Part shown: piece after piece, positions 42,501 through 61,829 of the stretch
How positions within the stretch are numbered: the first letter of the stretch is position 1
How the letters are laid out: each line of letters opens with the position of its first letter
DNA from: the human T2T-CHM13v2.0 reference genome, Homo sapiens
Reading direction: 5' to 3' (one strand)
Length of the DNA stretch: 64,000 nt
Assembly: GCF_009914755.1 (NCBI RefSeq)
Contig: NC_060934.1
The notes under the pieces: model-generated
The model's input: the letters and a program-made list of their open reading frames with translations, nothing else
Told to the model about the DNA's origin: nothing
Databases searched by the model: none
Made by a program: the position numbers and the translations under genes

Positions 42501-42961
42501 TCAAAATACAGGAAGCAAAAACTGGTAGAACTGTAAAAAGAAATGGACAAATCCAGTTATAATTTGACATTTAAATACCCTTCTCTCAACAATTCATAAA
42601 ACGAGTAGAAAGAAAATTAGGGTAGAGAAGATTTAAACAACACAATCAACCAACTTGACCTAATTGACATTTATAGAACATGTTATGCAACATAAGCAGA
42701 GCCCACATTCTTGTTATGTGCACATGGAACTTTCACCAACATATAAATAAGATACTCGGCCACAAACTAGTCAAATACATTTAAAAGAATTCAAGACATA
42801 AAAGGTGTGTTCTCTAACCACAATGGAATTAAGGTAGACACAGAAAACAAAGGTCTTTGGAAAATCCCCAAGTATTTGGAAATCAAATGACAACTTCTAA
42901 CTTACTCATGAATCAAATAATAAATCAAAAGGGGGATTAGAAAATATTAATCCCCCTTTTA

Positions 42962-43306
<345 letters not shown>

Positions 43307-45085
43307 AGAAAATATTAACTGAAAGAAAATGAAAATACAACATATCAAAATTTGTGGGATACTACTTGGGAGAATCTAATAGCATTAAATGTCTATATTA
43401 GAAAAGAAGAAGGATCTCACGTCAATGAACTGAATCATTGGTGGATCTCAGCTTCCACCTCAAGAAACTAGGAAAAACTGAACAAATTAAATCTAAAGTA
43501 AGTAGAAAGAGATGAAGTAGAAAAGTGAAAAATAGAAAAAAAAAAATCAATGAAACCAAAAGTTGATTCTTTGAAAATATCAATAAAATTGATAAAACTC
43601 TAACCAGACTGATCAGGAAAAAAAAATAAAAATTACTAATATAATAAATAAGACAGGGACCACACAGATGCTAAACATATTAAAAAATAATGAAGGAATA
43701 TTATGAAAAATCAATGCCAATAAATTTAGCAAATTACATGAAATTGACAAATTCTTTGAAGAACACAAACTACCAAAGCTCTTCAAAAGGATATTGATGA
43801 CTTGAATAGCCCTTTATCTATTAAGGAAATTGAATTTGTAATTAAAAACCTTTCCACAAAGAAAACTTCAGGCCCAGATGACCTCATTGGTGAATTCTAC
43901 CAAACATTTGAGGAAGAAATAATACCAAATCTATATTAATTCTTCTAGAAAATTGAAAAAGTAGGAATACTCCTCAACTCATTTGATGAGGCCAGCATTA
44001 CCCCAATACTAAAACCAGATAAAGGCATTACAAGGAAACTACAGACCAATATCCCTTATGAACATAGGTGCAAAAATGCTAAACAAAATTTGTCAAAATG
44101 AATCCAGCTATATATAAAACGGATAATACTTCATGACCAAGTGGGGTTTATCCCAGGAATATAAGGTTGGTTTAACATTTGAAAAATCAGTGTAATTCAC
44201 CGTATTAATTAAATTAAAAAGAAAAACCATATAGTCATCTCAACAAATGCAGAGAAATTATTAACAAAACCCAACATCCATTTCTGTTTTTTTTTTAATG
44301 AACAAACTAGGAAAAGTTCGGAGCATCCTCAACCTGATTTTTTTTTTAAATCTCTAAAAAATCTACAGCTAACATACTTAACGATGAAAGACTGAATACT
44401 TTCTCCCTGTGAGCAGGAACATGATAGTAATATTTACCCTTAATACTCCTATTCAACACTGTACTGAGAATGTAGACAATGAAATAATAAAGAAAAGAAA
44501 ATGAAAGCATCCAGTGGGGAAGAAAGAAGTAAAATGTTCTCTATTCACAGATGACATGATCATCTATGCAGAAAGTCTTACAGAATTTACAAAAAAACTT
44601 CTAGAATGAGTTCAGCAAGGTTGCATGATACAAGATCAATATGCAAAAAATAATGATATTTCTATACACCGGCAATGAACAATTGGAAACTGAAATTTTA
44701 AAATACTGTTTACAAGAGCATTGAAAGATGTAAATGCTTATGTATAAATCTGACGAAGGATGTAAATGCTTATGTATAAATCTGACAAAAGATGTGGAAG
44801 AATTGTACATAGAAAACTTCAAAGCAACATTGAGAGAAATTAAAAACCTAAATAGATACACCATATTCATGACTCTGAAAGCATAAATTTTTAAGATGTT
44901 GATTCTCCCCAAAATGATCTGTAGATTCAATGCAGTTTCAATAAAAATCCCAGCAAACTTTTAGTAGAATTTGAAAAATTATTTCTAAAATTTATATGGA
45001 AATGCAAAGTCCGAAGAACTTTGAAAAGAAGCATTGTCCAAACAACTTTGAAAAAGGAAAAGTAGAAGGACTAACACTATTATAA

Positions 45086-47257
<2,172 letters not shown>

Positions 47258-47261
47258 CTAA

Positions 47262-47539
47262 TTTTTTTTTTTTTGAGACGCAGTCTCGCTCTGTCACCAG
47301 GCTAGAGTGCAGAGGCCCAATCTCAGCTCACTGCAACCTCCGCCTCCCGGGTTCCCTCAGTCTCCTTAGTAGCTGGGACTACAGGTGCGTGCCACCATGC
47401 CCAGCTAATTTTTGTATTTTTAGTAGAGACGAGGTTTCACCATGTTGGCCAGGATGGTCTCAATCTCTTGACCTCATGATCCGCCTGCCTCGGCTTCCCA
47501 AAGCGCTGGGATTACAGGCATGAACCATCGTGCTCCGCC
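47262..47539 (-). mobile_element. AluSc-like, inserted in the L1 tail
   Basis: Antisense Alu; TSD agaaactaat. Confidence 0.94.
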
Positions 47540-47813
47540 AGAAACTAATAATTTTTTAAAGGACAATGTATCAGATTAAAGACAGACAATTAGATCAACA
47601 GAAATAGATGCACACATATATGAAAAACTGATTTTCAACAAAGGTAGAAAGCAATTTAGTAGAGTGTCTTTTCAACAAATGATGCTGAAAAAATTAGATA
47701 TCCATATATAAGACCTATAATGATATGTAAGACCTAAAATGATAACATTTCTAGAAGTAAACAAAGGAGACAATTTTTATGACCCTGGGTTAGGTAAAAA
47801 TTTCTTAGACCCA

Positions 47814-48439
<626 letters not shown>

Positions 48440-49064
48440 GATTAGACACAACTGAAGCACATTTAATAAAAAAGAAATTGATAAACTGGATTTCATCAAA
48501 ATTGAAAACTTCTGCTCTTTGAAAGACACTGCTAAGAGAATAAAGACAAGCCACAAGTTGGAAGAAAATATTTGCAAATCATATATACGATAAAAGATGT
48601 AGCTAGAATATATAAAGAACTCTCAAAACCTAATTAGAAAAAAATTCAATAATAAACAATTAACCCACCCAATAAGAAAATGGCAAATGACTTGAACAGA
48701 CACTTCACCAAAGAGGACATGTAGACGGCAAAAAAACACATGAAAAGATAACTTCATTAGTCATCATGGAAATGCAAATTAAAAGCACACACATACCTAT
48801 TATAATGGGTTACACATTAAAGTAGACCATTCCAAGAGTTGAAGATATGAAGGAACTAGAACTCTCATACATTGTTGGTGGGAGGATAAAATGGTCCAAC
48901 TACTTTGAAAAATAGTTTGGGAGTTTCTTTAAAAATTAAATACAATTCTTCTATGATCCAGCAACATCACTCCTAGGTATTTACCCAAAAGATATGAAAG
49001 CATGTAGTTGTACAAAGAATTATACATGAATGGTCACAACAGTCTGATTTGTAATAGCCCAAAA

Positions 49065-49262
49065 GCATGGTCCAGAATCAGCAGGATCAATAGCACCTGG
49101 GAAGTTGTTAGAAATGCAAATTTTTATGCCCCACCCCAGACTTACTGAATGAGATGGTTTATGAGTTAATCAATTTCCCTTTGGAGTGGGAATTGTCCCA
49201 GTAATCAGTGATTAATAAACCCTTCAGATAATTCTGAAACTGGCTAGAATGTGAGAACCACA
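49065..49262. mobile_element. MER5A-like
   Basis: cacctgggaagttgttagaaatgcaaat...gccccaccccagacttactgaat. Confidence 0.75.
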
Positions 49263-49426
49263 GCCCACCTTTCACCCTCACCCCTACCCCGACAATTCCC
49301 CAATCACACTTTGAGAACAACTACCTCAATCAATGCTTCTCCAACTTCTAAGTGCACAGAAATGACCTGGGGATCTTGTGTAAATGGATTCTGATTCAGT
49401 AGGTTTGGGAGGGGCTAGAGCTACTA

Positions 49427-49751
49427 CTTTTTGCTTTTTTTTTTTTTTTTTTTTTTTGAGCCAGGGTCTCCCTCTGTCACTCAGGCTGGAGTGCAGTGGC
49501 ACCATCACGGATGCATCACTGCTACCTCCAACTCCTGGGCTCAAGTGATCAGCCTCAGCCTCCCAAGTAGGTGGGACTACAGACATACAACACCATGCCC
49601 GGCTAATTTTTTTCTATTTTGTTTTTGGTGGTGTTGAGATGGGTTTCAGTTTTGTTGCCCAGACTGATCTCAAACTCCTGGGCTCAATCGATCCTCCCAC
49701 TTCAGCCTCCCAAAGTGCCGAAATTACAGGTGTGAGCCATCGAGCCCAGCC
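49427..49751 (-). mobile_element. AluJ inside a MER5A (~49327-49810)
   Basis: Antisense Alu; flanks gacctggggatcttgtg...gattctgattcagtagg and attctgcatttctaaaaagctcccagg. Confidence 0.92.
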
Positions 49752-50176
49752 AAGAGATTCTGCATTTCTAAAAAGCTCCCAGGTAATGCTGATTCTGCTG
49801 GTTCTGGGAATGATGGCAAAGACTGTTGTTCTTGGAAATGCCCTAATTTCTCAAAAGCAGAGCACGTTTGACTACCTCAGTTCTTCTCCCAGAGAAAATC
49901 CATTGAGTGTTAGGATGGAATGTAGCCTTTCTTACTCTCTTCTGCTCTGGTACCTATGCAGTTTGGGAAAAGAACTAAAACCCTCCCCTCTCCAGCAGAC
50001 AGGGACTCTGTCCTGGAATGTTCTCTTGACAGCTCTAAAATTCTGACATTCCTTTGGAGCCAAGCCCCAGTGATTCTCAACATTAAAATTACCCATGGAG
50101 CTTTTAAAAATACAGATGCCTGGGCCCCACCCCAGAGACTCTGTTTTTATTTGTCTGGTGTGAGGCCTAGGCATCA

Positions 50177-50472
50177 GTTTTGTTTGTTTTTAGAGACAGA
50201 ATCTTGCTCTGTTGCTCAGGCTAGAGGGCAGTGGTGCAATTATAGCTCGCTGCAGCCTTGAATTCCTGGTCTTAAACGATCCTCCTGCCACAGCCTCCCA
50301 AGTATCTAGGACAACAGGTGCACACCACCATGCCTGGCTAACTTTTTTTTTTTTTTGTAAAGATGGGTCTCACTATGTTGCCCAAGGTGGTCTGAAACTC
50401 TGGCCTCAAGCAATCCTCCCATCTTGGCCTCCCAAACTGCTGGGATTAAGGGCATGAGCCACCAGGGCTAAC
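50177..50472 (-). mobile_element. AluJ inside a MER5-type element (~50068-50535)
   Basis: Antisense Alu; TSD cctaggcatcag. Confidence 0.92.
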
Positions 50473-50571
50473 CTAGGCATCAGCATTTTTAAATCTCCCC
50501 TGGTGATCCTACTGTGAGCCAGAGCTTATAATCACTAACCCTTCCTGTGCCCCCAGACTACCCCCTTCCTG

Positions 50572-51080
50572 TTTAACATTCATTCAACAAATATTGCTAA
50601 GCCACTATTTTCCAGACTCTGAGCTAATGTGCCGGGTATACTGAGATGGATAAGCCATGGTCCCTGCCCACAGGAAGGTCATAGTCCAGTGGGAAAGACA
50701 GACAAGTCCTCTCACAACTGTAATACCTACGATAACGGATACCGGCAGAGATATAACAGTGATATTTCATTCAGTAAATTCGCATTTATTGAGAATTTAC
50801 AAGCTACAGGCACTAGGAGCGCTACAGTGAGCATGACAGATACAATCCCTGCTTTCATGGAGCTCATGTCCGATGGGATCCAAGTCACACGGGACACAGA
50901 AGAGGGGCCCCCAATCCAAATTGGAGTGATCAGAAAGGGTCCCCCTATGGTCCCAGTGCTTCCGTCGAACCTTAAAACCTCCTATCATCCAGGCCCAAGA
51001 AGAGAGGACAGCACTCCAGGCAGAAAGCACAGCACAGGCAAAGGCACGAAGGTATGGAAGAAGACGGCACATCCAGAGAA
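50572..51080 (-). mobile_element. Two L2 3'-end fragments
   Basis: cattcattcaacaaatatt...gtccctgccc and ttcattcagtaaattcgcatttattgag...aatccctgctttcatggagctca. Confidence 0.75.
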
Positions 51081-51366
51081 CTGGCAACGCCAACTCAGAG
51101 AGCGCACCCTGTAAGCCTGGTCCTCGGCGTTTGGCTCACCGCTTCTCCCCGGTGAAGGCAGCTTTTCCCCCTCTGCTTCATCACACACTCCAGAGTCCAC
51201 ACATGCACAGCTCTCTTCCAGTCCATTCCATCATTCCAGAACTCCACAATCTGACATCATTTATGAGGGGGTCTTAGCCCGAGAACCTTCTTCCTCTCTT
51301 CTTCCGACTCCAAGACCACTGTCCAGACACACCTGGGCCCCACTTTTCCGCTACCGCCACTAGAAA

Positions 51367-51385
51367 AGGCCTCCAGGTGGAGCCC
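51367..51385 (+). promoter_or_regulatory. CTCF-like motif
   Basis: AGGCCTCCAGGTGGAGCCC resembles the CTCF core; motif only. Confidence 0.4.
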
Positions 51386-52367
51386 TTTCATTCCATTCTT
51401 TTGCTATTACACGCCCATTTTACATTTCCTACCTAATTTCCACTCCACTGAATTTCCTTCCCCACAAGCCGCCGGACTGGAACTATCATCATCCTTAATT
51501 TGAGGAAAATCACAGGAAGCGTGTTCAATACACAAGCCGGTTGAGTTGCTCACTTTGAGCCTTTTCCTTAATTCAAGAAGCCCATGATCATTCTTAGCTC
51601 TCTTTTGGCTTCTTCAGCCCCTGGGAAGCTCCCTGTGCTCCTGCCTGAAAGGCTTCCCCAACTCCACTCACCAGAGGTTGGATGTTCCCTACCCCTCAGG
51701 AAAGATTCCGAGTGGAAACTCGGACAATACCTGCTCAAAGAATTCTTCCCCGTATAACTGGACATCTGGGCAGGGAAGAGGATACTTTTTTTTTTTTTTT
51801 TTTTTTTAGATAAAAAGTCCAGCATGCCAATCTCCACTCCCTGCTTCTGCCCAAGAGAGAGCCAGAAGGGGCAGTTCCTGCAGAAGAGGCAGAGAGAGGC
51901 TGCTGTTGAGAAGCAAGCTGCGGATTCCCTTCGGACAACCATGCAAACCTGTTTTAACCATCACAACAATTGTGCCACTTGCTTCCCCTAGCCATTTCCC
52001 CTTACCACCTAGGTCCTCTCCATTTTCCAGTTATGCTTAACACCCAGGCTGGAAAATAAGACCCCAGCAGAAGGTAGGGAAGAATTGTTCTCCATGTTCC
52101 AAAGAGTGCGGGCCATACTGAAGCCATCTTGGTATCTCGCAGAACACCTAGCAGGGTGCCTCATCTCTTCCAGGCAGATTGCTTTGTAATGGATGCATAT
52201 ATAAAAAAGTTCTATGGATTCTAGCCTATTTGGAGAACAGAAGCTACAGCAGTGCAAGGCCAGTTCCAGGGTTTACCCTAAAGTCCACAGAGATAGTCAC
52301 TACTTTTCTACTTATTTCCATTTACTACATGTGGGTTGAGAAGGTGATTCAATTTCTCTGTCACACT

Positions 52368-52655
52368 CTTTTTGTTTTTGAGACAGGCGCTTACTTTGTC
52401 ATCTAGGTTGCATTGCAGTGGCAAGAACACAGCTCACTGCAGCCTTAAACTCTCAGGCTCAAGTGATCCTCCCACCTTAACCTCCTGAGAAGTAGCTGGG
52501 ACTATAGGTGCATGCTACCATGCCCAGCTAGTTTTTTTTTTATTTCTTGTAGAGATGGGAGTCTCACTATGTTGCCTAGGCTGGTCTCGAATTCCTGGGC
52601 TTAAGTAATCCTCCTGCCTTGGAGTCCCTAAGTGCTGGGATTATAGGCATGAACC
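52368..52655 (-). mobile_element. AluJ
   Basis: Antisense Alu; TSD ctctgtca(c/t)ac. Confidence 0.92.
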
Positions 52656-52840
52656 TCTGTCATACATTTATTGAACAAATACTTCCCACTGGTGCTGTGA
52701 CACAGTGACTGAATGACCGTTGTCATAGGACAAATCAGACATAAGGACTTATCCTACTAATGACCGTAACACCAGTTCTAATGATCTCTTCCTTAGCGTG
52801 CTCATCCACTCATTTGGTGACCACCAAACTGCAGGGCAGT

Positions 52841-53265
52841 TGTAGTGGATTGAAGATAGCCATCCAATTTTTTTGCCACTTCTTCTGTTGTGATGTGGAG
52901 TCTAATTTCTCTTTCCTTTGAATCTGGCTGGCATTAGTGACTGGCTTGACCAATAAAATGTTCTGGGACTTTCAAGACTAGATCATAAGAAGCCTTTCAG
53001 CTTTCACTCAGGCCTCCTGGAGCAACTGCTCTTGAGGAAGAAGAAATCTTCATGCTGACACCACTCTGCTGTTAGAATGCCTGAGCTACCCACTTGGAGA
53101 GGCTGCATGGAAAAGGAGATGCCTGACCAGACCAGCTTCACACAGGAGAAGAAACTTTTCAAATGACTCCAGCCTCAGCTGTCATGTGATAGCAACTGAA
53201 CCACCCAGCGGAGCTCATCAACATTCAGAACCACGACATAATAATAAATTATTTGTTCTTAAATA
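52841..53265 (+). mobile_element. MLT1G/H-like MaLR LTR
   Basis: tgtagtgg...ggagtctaatttctctttcctttgaatctggctgg...gtgactggcttgaccaataaaatg. Confidence 0.75.
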
Positions 53266-54944
53266 CTGCATTAAAAACAAATGAATAATGGTTAGATATT
53301 ATCCCTGGGGGGAGCTGGGCGAAGGGTACAAAGGAATTCTCTGTACTATTTTGTACCTTCTTGTGAATATTAAATTATTTCTAAGCCATTAGCAAAACAC
53401 CAGCCCACCTGATCTAGAGAAGATCCATTTTGAAAGAAATAAAGACAGCTGGAGATTCTCCCTAAACCATGCCCCAGATGCTGACAATACCAGCACTGGT
53501 TGCAGGCAGCAAGTATGTGTGGCTATGGCCCTATGCACTTTGCTGGCTTTGAAGGCTCAGGAGAAAGCTCTGACCCCACCCCACACCTCCAGTGACAGGG
53601 TGATTCAGCTTCAATCCTAATGCTTCACTCATCACATCTGGGTCTCCTCCTGGGGAAACACCCAGTTCTTCCTTTTGTCTAGTGAGAAAGAGACTGCTTT
53701 AGTTCTTCATTTTTCAAAGACTGACAAAACGATATGAACGGGCATGAAATGTCACTCAGCCAAAGGACAGAGATTTTCTCTGCCTGTGTTTTTTAAAAAC
53801 TCCTTTTCTTTCGTTTTAAAAAGCCCCTCATAAACAAGTGAAATCATGTCCTCATTCTGCCTTGCTTTAGAGGTATTCCACCCCACTGTCTCTTCAGGGA
53901 GATCACGCCCCTACCAGATAGCCTCCCTGGAGACCCCAGTCCTCAACTACAGCTTCCATCACAGAAGATGACTGAAAGAGTAGACTTTCTACCTCCTGTG
54001 CATTGCAGACTCTCACTCATCCATGCTGATAGCTCATGACAAATAGAGGCAGCCACTTTGAGTTGGGAGTAGGTGGCATACAGGGTGACATTGTTGAGAT
54101 CAATACAGCAATCCACAAATAGTTATTGGAGAATCTGATTTTTCACAGCACTGAGCTAGGCACTGTTGAGGTATAGATGTGTGAGCTAGAGACAAAGGAC
54201 TGTCATAGAAAAGCTTCGGACTTCAAGGGCCTGGACTGACATCCCAGTTTTGCCATTTACTAGCAATATGGCCTTGAGATGGTCTTTCATTCTCTCTGAG
54301 GGGACAAGAAAATTCTCCTTACCAACCCCTGGGGCTTGTGAAAATCAAAAGTGAGGGCAGGACTTTGTCAACCACTGGGCCAATGGAGGCTATTATTATC
54401 ACACAGCATTGTGTGTTAGGAGGTCAGAGAAGGAAGAGGGCGCTGAGCAGGAGCTGTCAGGGAGAACTTGATGGAGGACGCTGGTCTAAAGTGGACCTTG
54501 GAGGAAGGAAAGGATTGGGAAAGGCAGAAAAGGCATTCCTCCCAAGGGGAACTGAGGGAGGGATTTGTATCCTGTGGGGGAGGGAGGAAAGTAAGGAAAC
54601 TTGACCTAACCTGTGAGAGGGGTTTTGATTGAGGAACCATATGGAAAACAAGTTTAGGGAGATAAGGGAGCCCCTGATTATGAAGGATCTAGAAAAAAAT
54701 AAAGACACATAACAGGATAAAGATACCGGGCAAAGGATGTGCACCTTCCTACCTGCTCTGTACCACAAAATATATCCCAAACTCCCATTCTTCTAAAGTG
54801 TTTACTACTCTGGTCTATACTGTGAAACCACCATAGTAAACTACACTGGACAATGGAAATTGAAACAGCAATAATAAGGTATCAGTTATATTGATAGATC
54901 CCATATATAGGGAGGGGACACTTTGAATTTTATTCTTTTTGTTT

Positions 54945-55095
54945 CAGTTTTTGTTTTAGCTTTTTCATTTGTTCGTTTAGAGATAGGGGTCTCTCTATGC
55001 TGCCCAGCCTAGATTTGAACTCCCAGGCTCAAGCAATCCTCCCACCTCAGTCTCTCGAGTAGCTGGTACTACAGGCATGTGCCACTGTATCTGGC
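54945..55095 (-). mobile_element. FLAM / Alu monomer
   Basis: tagagataggggtctctctatgctgcccag...ggctcaagcaatcctcccacctcag. Confidence 0.85.
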
Positions 55096-55799
55096 TTAGA
55101 ATTTATTCTTTATGCTGAGAAACAAAATGATGTTTATCTAGTTGGCTGCCTTCTAAAAGATGTGGCAAAGTATTCTCCTAACTAGAAGGTTCTAGGACAG
55201 GGAACCTTGTACTTTTGATTCACGCACTGATCTACTCCAGCTCTAAATCAGCATACTGAAAGGAAAGGGCAGCTTGCATCTCTGCACACTCCTTCACTAA
55301 GATTCAGTCAGGCTAGAACGCCACAGCTCTAGCCTGTCATATGCCCCAAGCATGGGCATCTTGCAATTATCTGTGGCTGGGGTAATCCAACATAACAAAT
55401 CAATCTCCTTCCAAGGCAAAGATCATGAATCATGAAAAGTTCTCCTTTTTGCTTTTTGTACAAGTGTTCCTAATCTTTCTTTAGCATCTTACTACTTCGG
55501 GGGTGGCGGGTGTGCTTTTATTTAACCTAAGTTTCCTCCTCATTAAAAGGAAATAGAGGAGTCTGGTTGAATGCTAGAAAAATGCAAAGCATGCCAAATA
55601 TAACAGCAAATTCAGCTATATTGTGGTTAAAGAACCATTGAAAAGAATCACATCTCAAAAGCTGCTGTCTCTCCTGGTCCTTGCAAGAAGAAACCAACAG
55701 TTTTTCACAAAATTATGGCTATTCTTTCAAGTTGAATTACTTCTTGAAAACAAGTACAAAACCAAAGTAAATAAAATGTATTTAAAAATGAGAAAAACA

Positions 55800-56110
55800 G
55801 GCCAGGCACAGCAGCTCATGCCTGTAATCCCAGTACTTTGGGTGGCTGAGGCAGGGAGATTGCTTGAGCCCAGCAGTTCGAGACCAGCCTGGGCAACATA
55901 GGGAGACCCTGTCTCTACAAAAAAAAAGAAAAAAATAGCCAGGCAAGGTGGCATGGACCTGTATTCCCAGCTACTCAGGATGCTGAGGTGTGAGAATCAC
56001 CTGAACCCAGGAGGTCAAGGATGCAGTGAGCCATGATCAAGCCACTGCACCCCAGCCTGCAACAGAGTGAGACCTTGTCAAAAAAAAAAAAAAAAGAGAG
56101 AGAGAGAGAG
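55800..56110 (+). mobile_element. AluJ with (A)n(GA)n tail
   Basis: Sense Alu. Confidence 0.95.
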
Positions 56111-57409
56111 AAACTTAGTTGGTGCCACTAGACTTAAAGTCTGAGTTGAGTTTGTGTCTGTTCTTTTTGTATTCCTGTTACCTAGCATGATAAATATACA
56201 CTGAGTAAAATCTAATGATAATAGTAAATAATGTATCACAAAAATAAGAAAAGGTGATAAACTAGATCCAACACAGACAGCAGATGAAAATGATCAGTGA
56301 AGAAATTTTATGTACCTAATGTGAGAGTACACATGTCATCACCAGGAAAAAACATATATTAACTGTCCACAATGCAAATACAGCTATGCTATCTTCTTAG
56401 CCTAAAATGCAGCCACAGTTCCTATCCTGGGGGACTTACCAATTGCTGGAGAAAACAACACACAAACTTATTCAATGGAAATACATAAAAACAATTATCT
56501 ACCAACTGTCAAAAGAAAAATAGCGTGTCAGAAATTGTGCTGGCAAGTTGGAGAGTAGGTACGGTTACTCAGGACACATGAAATTCCTTATCATCAAATA
56601 CTGTTTATTGAGACTGATTTTGATCATTCAGAGAAGATGAAAATGGAGAATGAGGTTGAGCTTGAGAATAAAGTTGAAGATGAAGATCAATAATGAGGGT
56701 GGAGGCTCATTATTCACATTATCCTCATTTTAACCAGCCTGGGAAGTATATTGGACAGATATCCCCATTTCATTGATAAAGAAACTGAGGCTCAGAGAAG
56801 ACTTGATGTCTTCTTCAAATATCCCAGAGGGAAGTTAGACAGTGATGGACCTAGAATTTGGTTCTATTCTTTAGCCCCAGTCATGCTGAAAACAGGGTGG
56901 AGTTGATTTTTAAACGAGGGATAGTTAAGTAGTAAAGTCAGCTTACATGGTGAAAAATATGTATAATAAAAACTATGCTTGAAAAGTCCATAATTCAGCC
57001 ATAAAGTAGAATAGATGTGCCCATACTTACATGCCTCTCTAAAGACATCTCCATAGCCAGTTTTTTCTCCTGGATAAGAGCAGTGCTCTATAAATTGAGT
57101 ACTAGGTGGAGAATTTGGCTCATATTTAAAGACCATGTTGTTCTCCACTCCTCACCTCTCACCCCAACCCCTCCCCGACACAGAAAAATATGTATCTATA
57201 TTATATATAGAGATTCCGGAATCACACTCCTTGCTGCAAAATCCTACATCATGACAGGCACATGGCAAATGAGAACAAATGAGCTGAGCAGATTCACCTC
57301 TCCAGTCTCACTCTCTGAAGTTAAGTCTTTGCATTTTAAGTCTGAACTCTGTAGTTGGCAGATCCTATTTGTTTCTTTGCAGAGAGGCAAGCCTATTTCA
57401 AAAGGTTTC

Positions 57410-58086
<677 letters not shown>

Positions 58087-58484
58087 CTACAGAAGGTAGT
58101 TAGAAGCTTTCTCTTCTAGCTCTACATCCAATCACTTTTGGCAGAATCATCTGACATGTTGTTGGTATCTCAGGCCTTGCCAGCCACCAATGAGTCTTGA
58201 CCCAAACTGCCCTCGTAGCCACACGACCCATGTACATGTGAAAACTAAAGGTGAATCTTGCCCACCCATTAAAAGTCATTGAGGCAAACACTTCCAAATG
58301 TACTCAGAAAGAGAAACAACCTTCAGCCTCCCAGGACAGCCAAGGGTGGAGAACAAAGTGGCAAATGATCTGACCCTATAATTTGTGGCAAGAAAATTTA
58401 TGACACATGGGTCTTCTAATGGGGTACACTTAGTGGACAAATGAGACTGAAAGGTCAGGTGTGCGACTTTCTAGTGTTACTAAG

Positions 58485-60274
<1,790 letters not shown>

Positions 60275-60637
60275 AAAATGCTTTGCTGGTGAAAAGATTG
60301 CTTTTATAATTAGGCCCCTGGGTTGCCAGTTTTCTGTTACATCATGATTATATTCATGATGGTGGGAGTCTCTCCAGTGGCAGCTCTTAGAAAAGCCCTG
60401 AGCACACAGTAGGAATTTAATGAATACTTCTTGAGTTAACGGATTGTGTTTATGGACTGGGGTTTTATTGGAATGAAAAGTCTAAAGAAGTGAGTTCCTT
60501 TTATCATCTCTTCTCTCCACCTTGCTTCCCAGTAAAGTGCCTGCTCCAATTTCTGGTTGTTCCACACTTTCAGCTTGCCCACCTTGAAGCAAATTTGACA
60601 CTCTAATTTTCATTTGTCAAGTCAAGCCTGCTTTTAT

Positions 60638-60752
60638 GTCTCTGTCTCTGTCTCTCTGTCTCCCTCTCTTTCTTCTTCTTCTCCTCCTCCTCCTCCTTCT
60701 TCTCCTTCTTCTTTCTTCTTTCTTCTCTCTTCTCTCTTCTTTCTTCTTTCTT
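60638..60752. repeat. CT-rich low-complexity tract
   Basis: (CTT)n/(CCT)n mixture. Confidence 0.9.
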
Positions 60753-60907
60753 CATTTTCCCATGTCCTCTTCCTCACAGGACAGAAGTTGGTTCACTTTA
60801 TTCTGCAAACTTCCACCCACTTTTTGACCCCGGCATGCTGCATACCAGCTCTCTCTTTATTAACTCTCCAAGTTTGGGCTTCTCTTTCTATTATAAAAAT
60901 TTCTCAG

Positions 60908-61183
60908 GGGCAGATGTGGTTGCTCACATCTGTAATCATGCCAGTTTGGGAGGCCAAGGTAGGAAGATAGCTTGAGCCCAGGAGTTCGAGACATAGTGAG
61001 ACCCTGTCTCTCCAAAAAAACAAAAAGATTAGCCAGTTGTGGTGGCAGGTGCCTGCAGTCCCAGCTACATCCAGGCTGAGGTGCAAGGATCACTTGAGCT
61101 CAGGAGGTTGAAGCTGCAGTGAGCCGTGATTGCACCACTGCACTCCAGCCTGGACGACAGAGCAAGACCCTATCTCAAAAAAA
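60908..61183 (+). mobile_element. AluJ
   Basis: Sense Alu with small internal deletions. Confidence 0.92.
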
Positions 61184-61459
61184 TTATCAGTAAACCGATT
61201 CACACCACTGTATTAATGACAATATGTTACTCCTCCAAGAATGCTTAGTTTCAAAGGGGATATAAGGGCACTACTGAATGCAAAGGAACACATCCAGGCA
61301 GTGAAAAAAAAACCCTAATATTTGGCCCACTCACCTCCTAGGTGACCCTCAGATCACAGTACCACTTTCATTGTGTCAATGGAGTAAGGACAATCAAGAG
61401 CCAGGTACATTTTCTTCTGCTATAAAGTAAGAAGAACAAAGCTGGACTGGCAGAAAGTT

Positions 61460-61680
61460 TAGTAATTATGTGCTTTGGTTTACATTCCAATTTTGCCTCT
61501 TACTAGAAGATCTTGGGCAGGTTACTTAACCTGTCCATGCTTTAGTTTCCCTACCTCTAAGATGGAGACAATAATACATACCTTGTGGGTTGCTGTGAGG
61601 GTTAGAAGAGTTAATATATCTAAAGCCCAAGAAGAGAGGTTGGCACATAATTAGAATCATGTGAGTGTTAGCTGTTATTG
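61460..61680 (+). mobile_element. MIR SINE
   Basis: tcttgggcaggttacttaacctgtccatgctttagtttccc...gggttgctgtgagggtta. Confidence 0.85.
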
Positions 61681-61829
61681 CTTGCAGATTAGGGCCACTG
61701 TCTACTTACAAGGTTGGAGAGTTAAAAGGGCACCAGCATTAAGACATTTAGCATGGTACTTAGCACACAGTAAATGTTCAATAAATTCCTATAGTTACTT
61801 GAGGGTATGGCAGGCTAAATAATGGCCCC

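Noticed and set aside
60638-60780. Strong-looking plus-strand acceptor (cctcacag|G) after the CT-rich tract
   Set aside because: The pyrimidine tract is a microsatellite and no convincing donor follows
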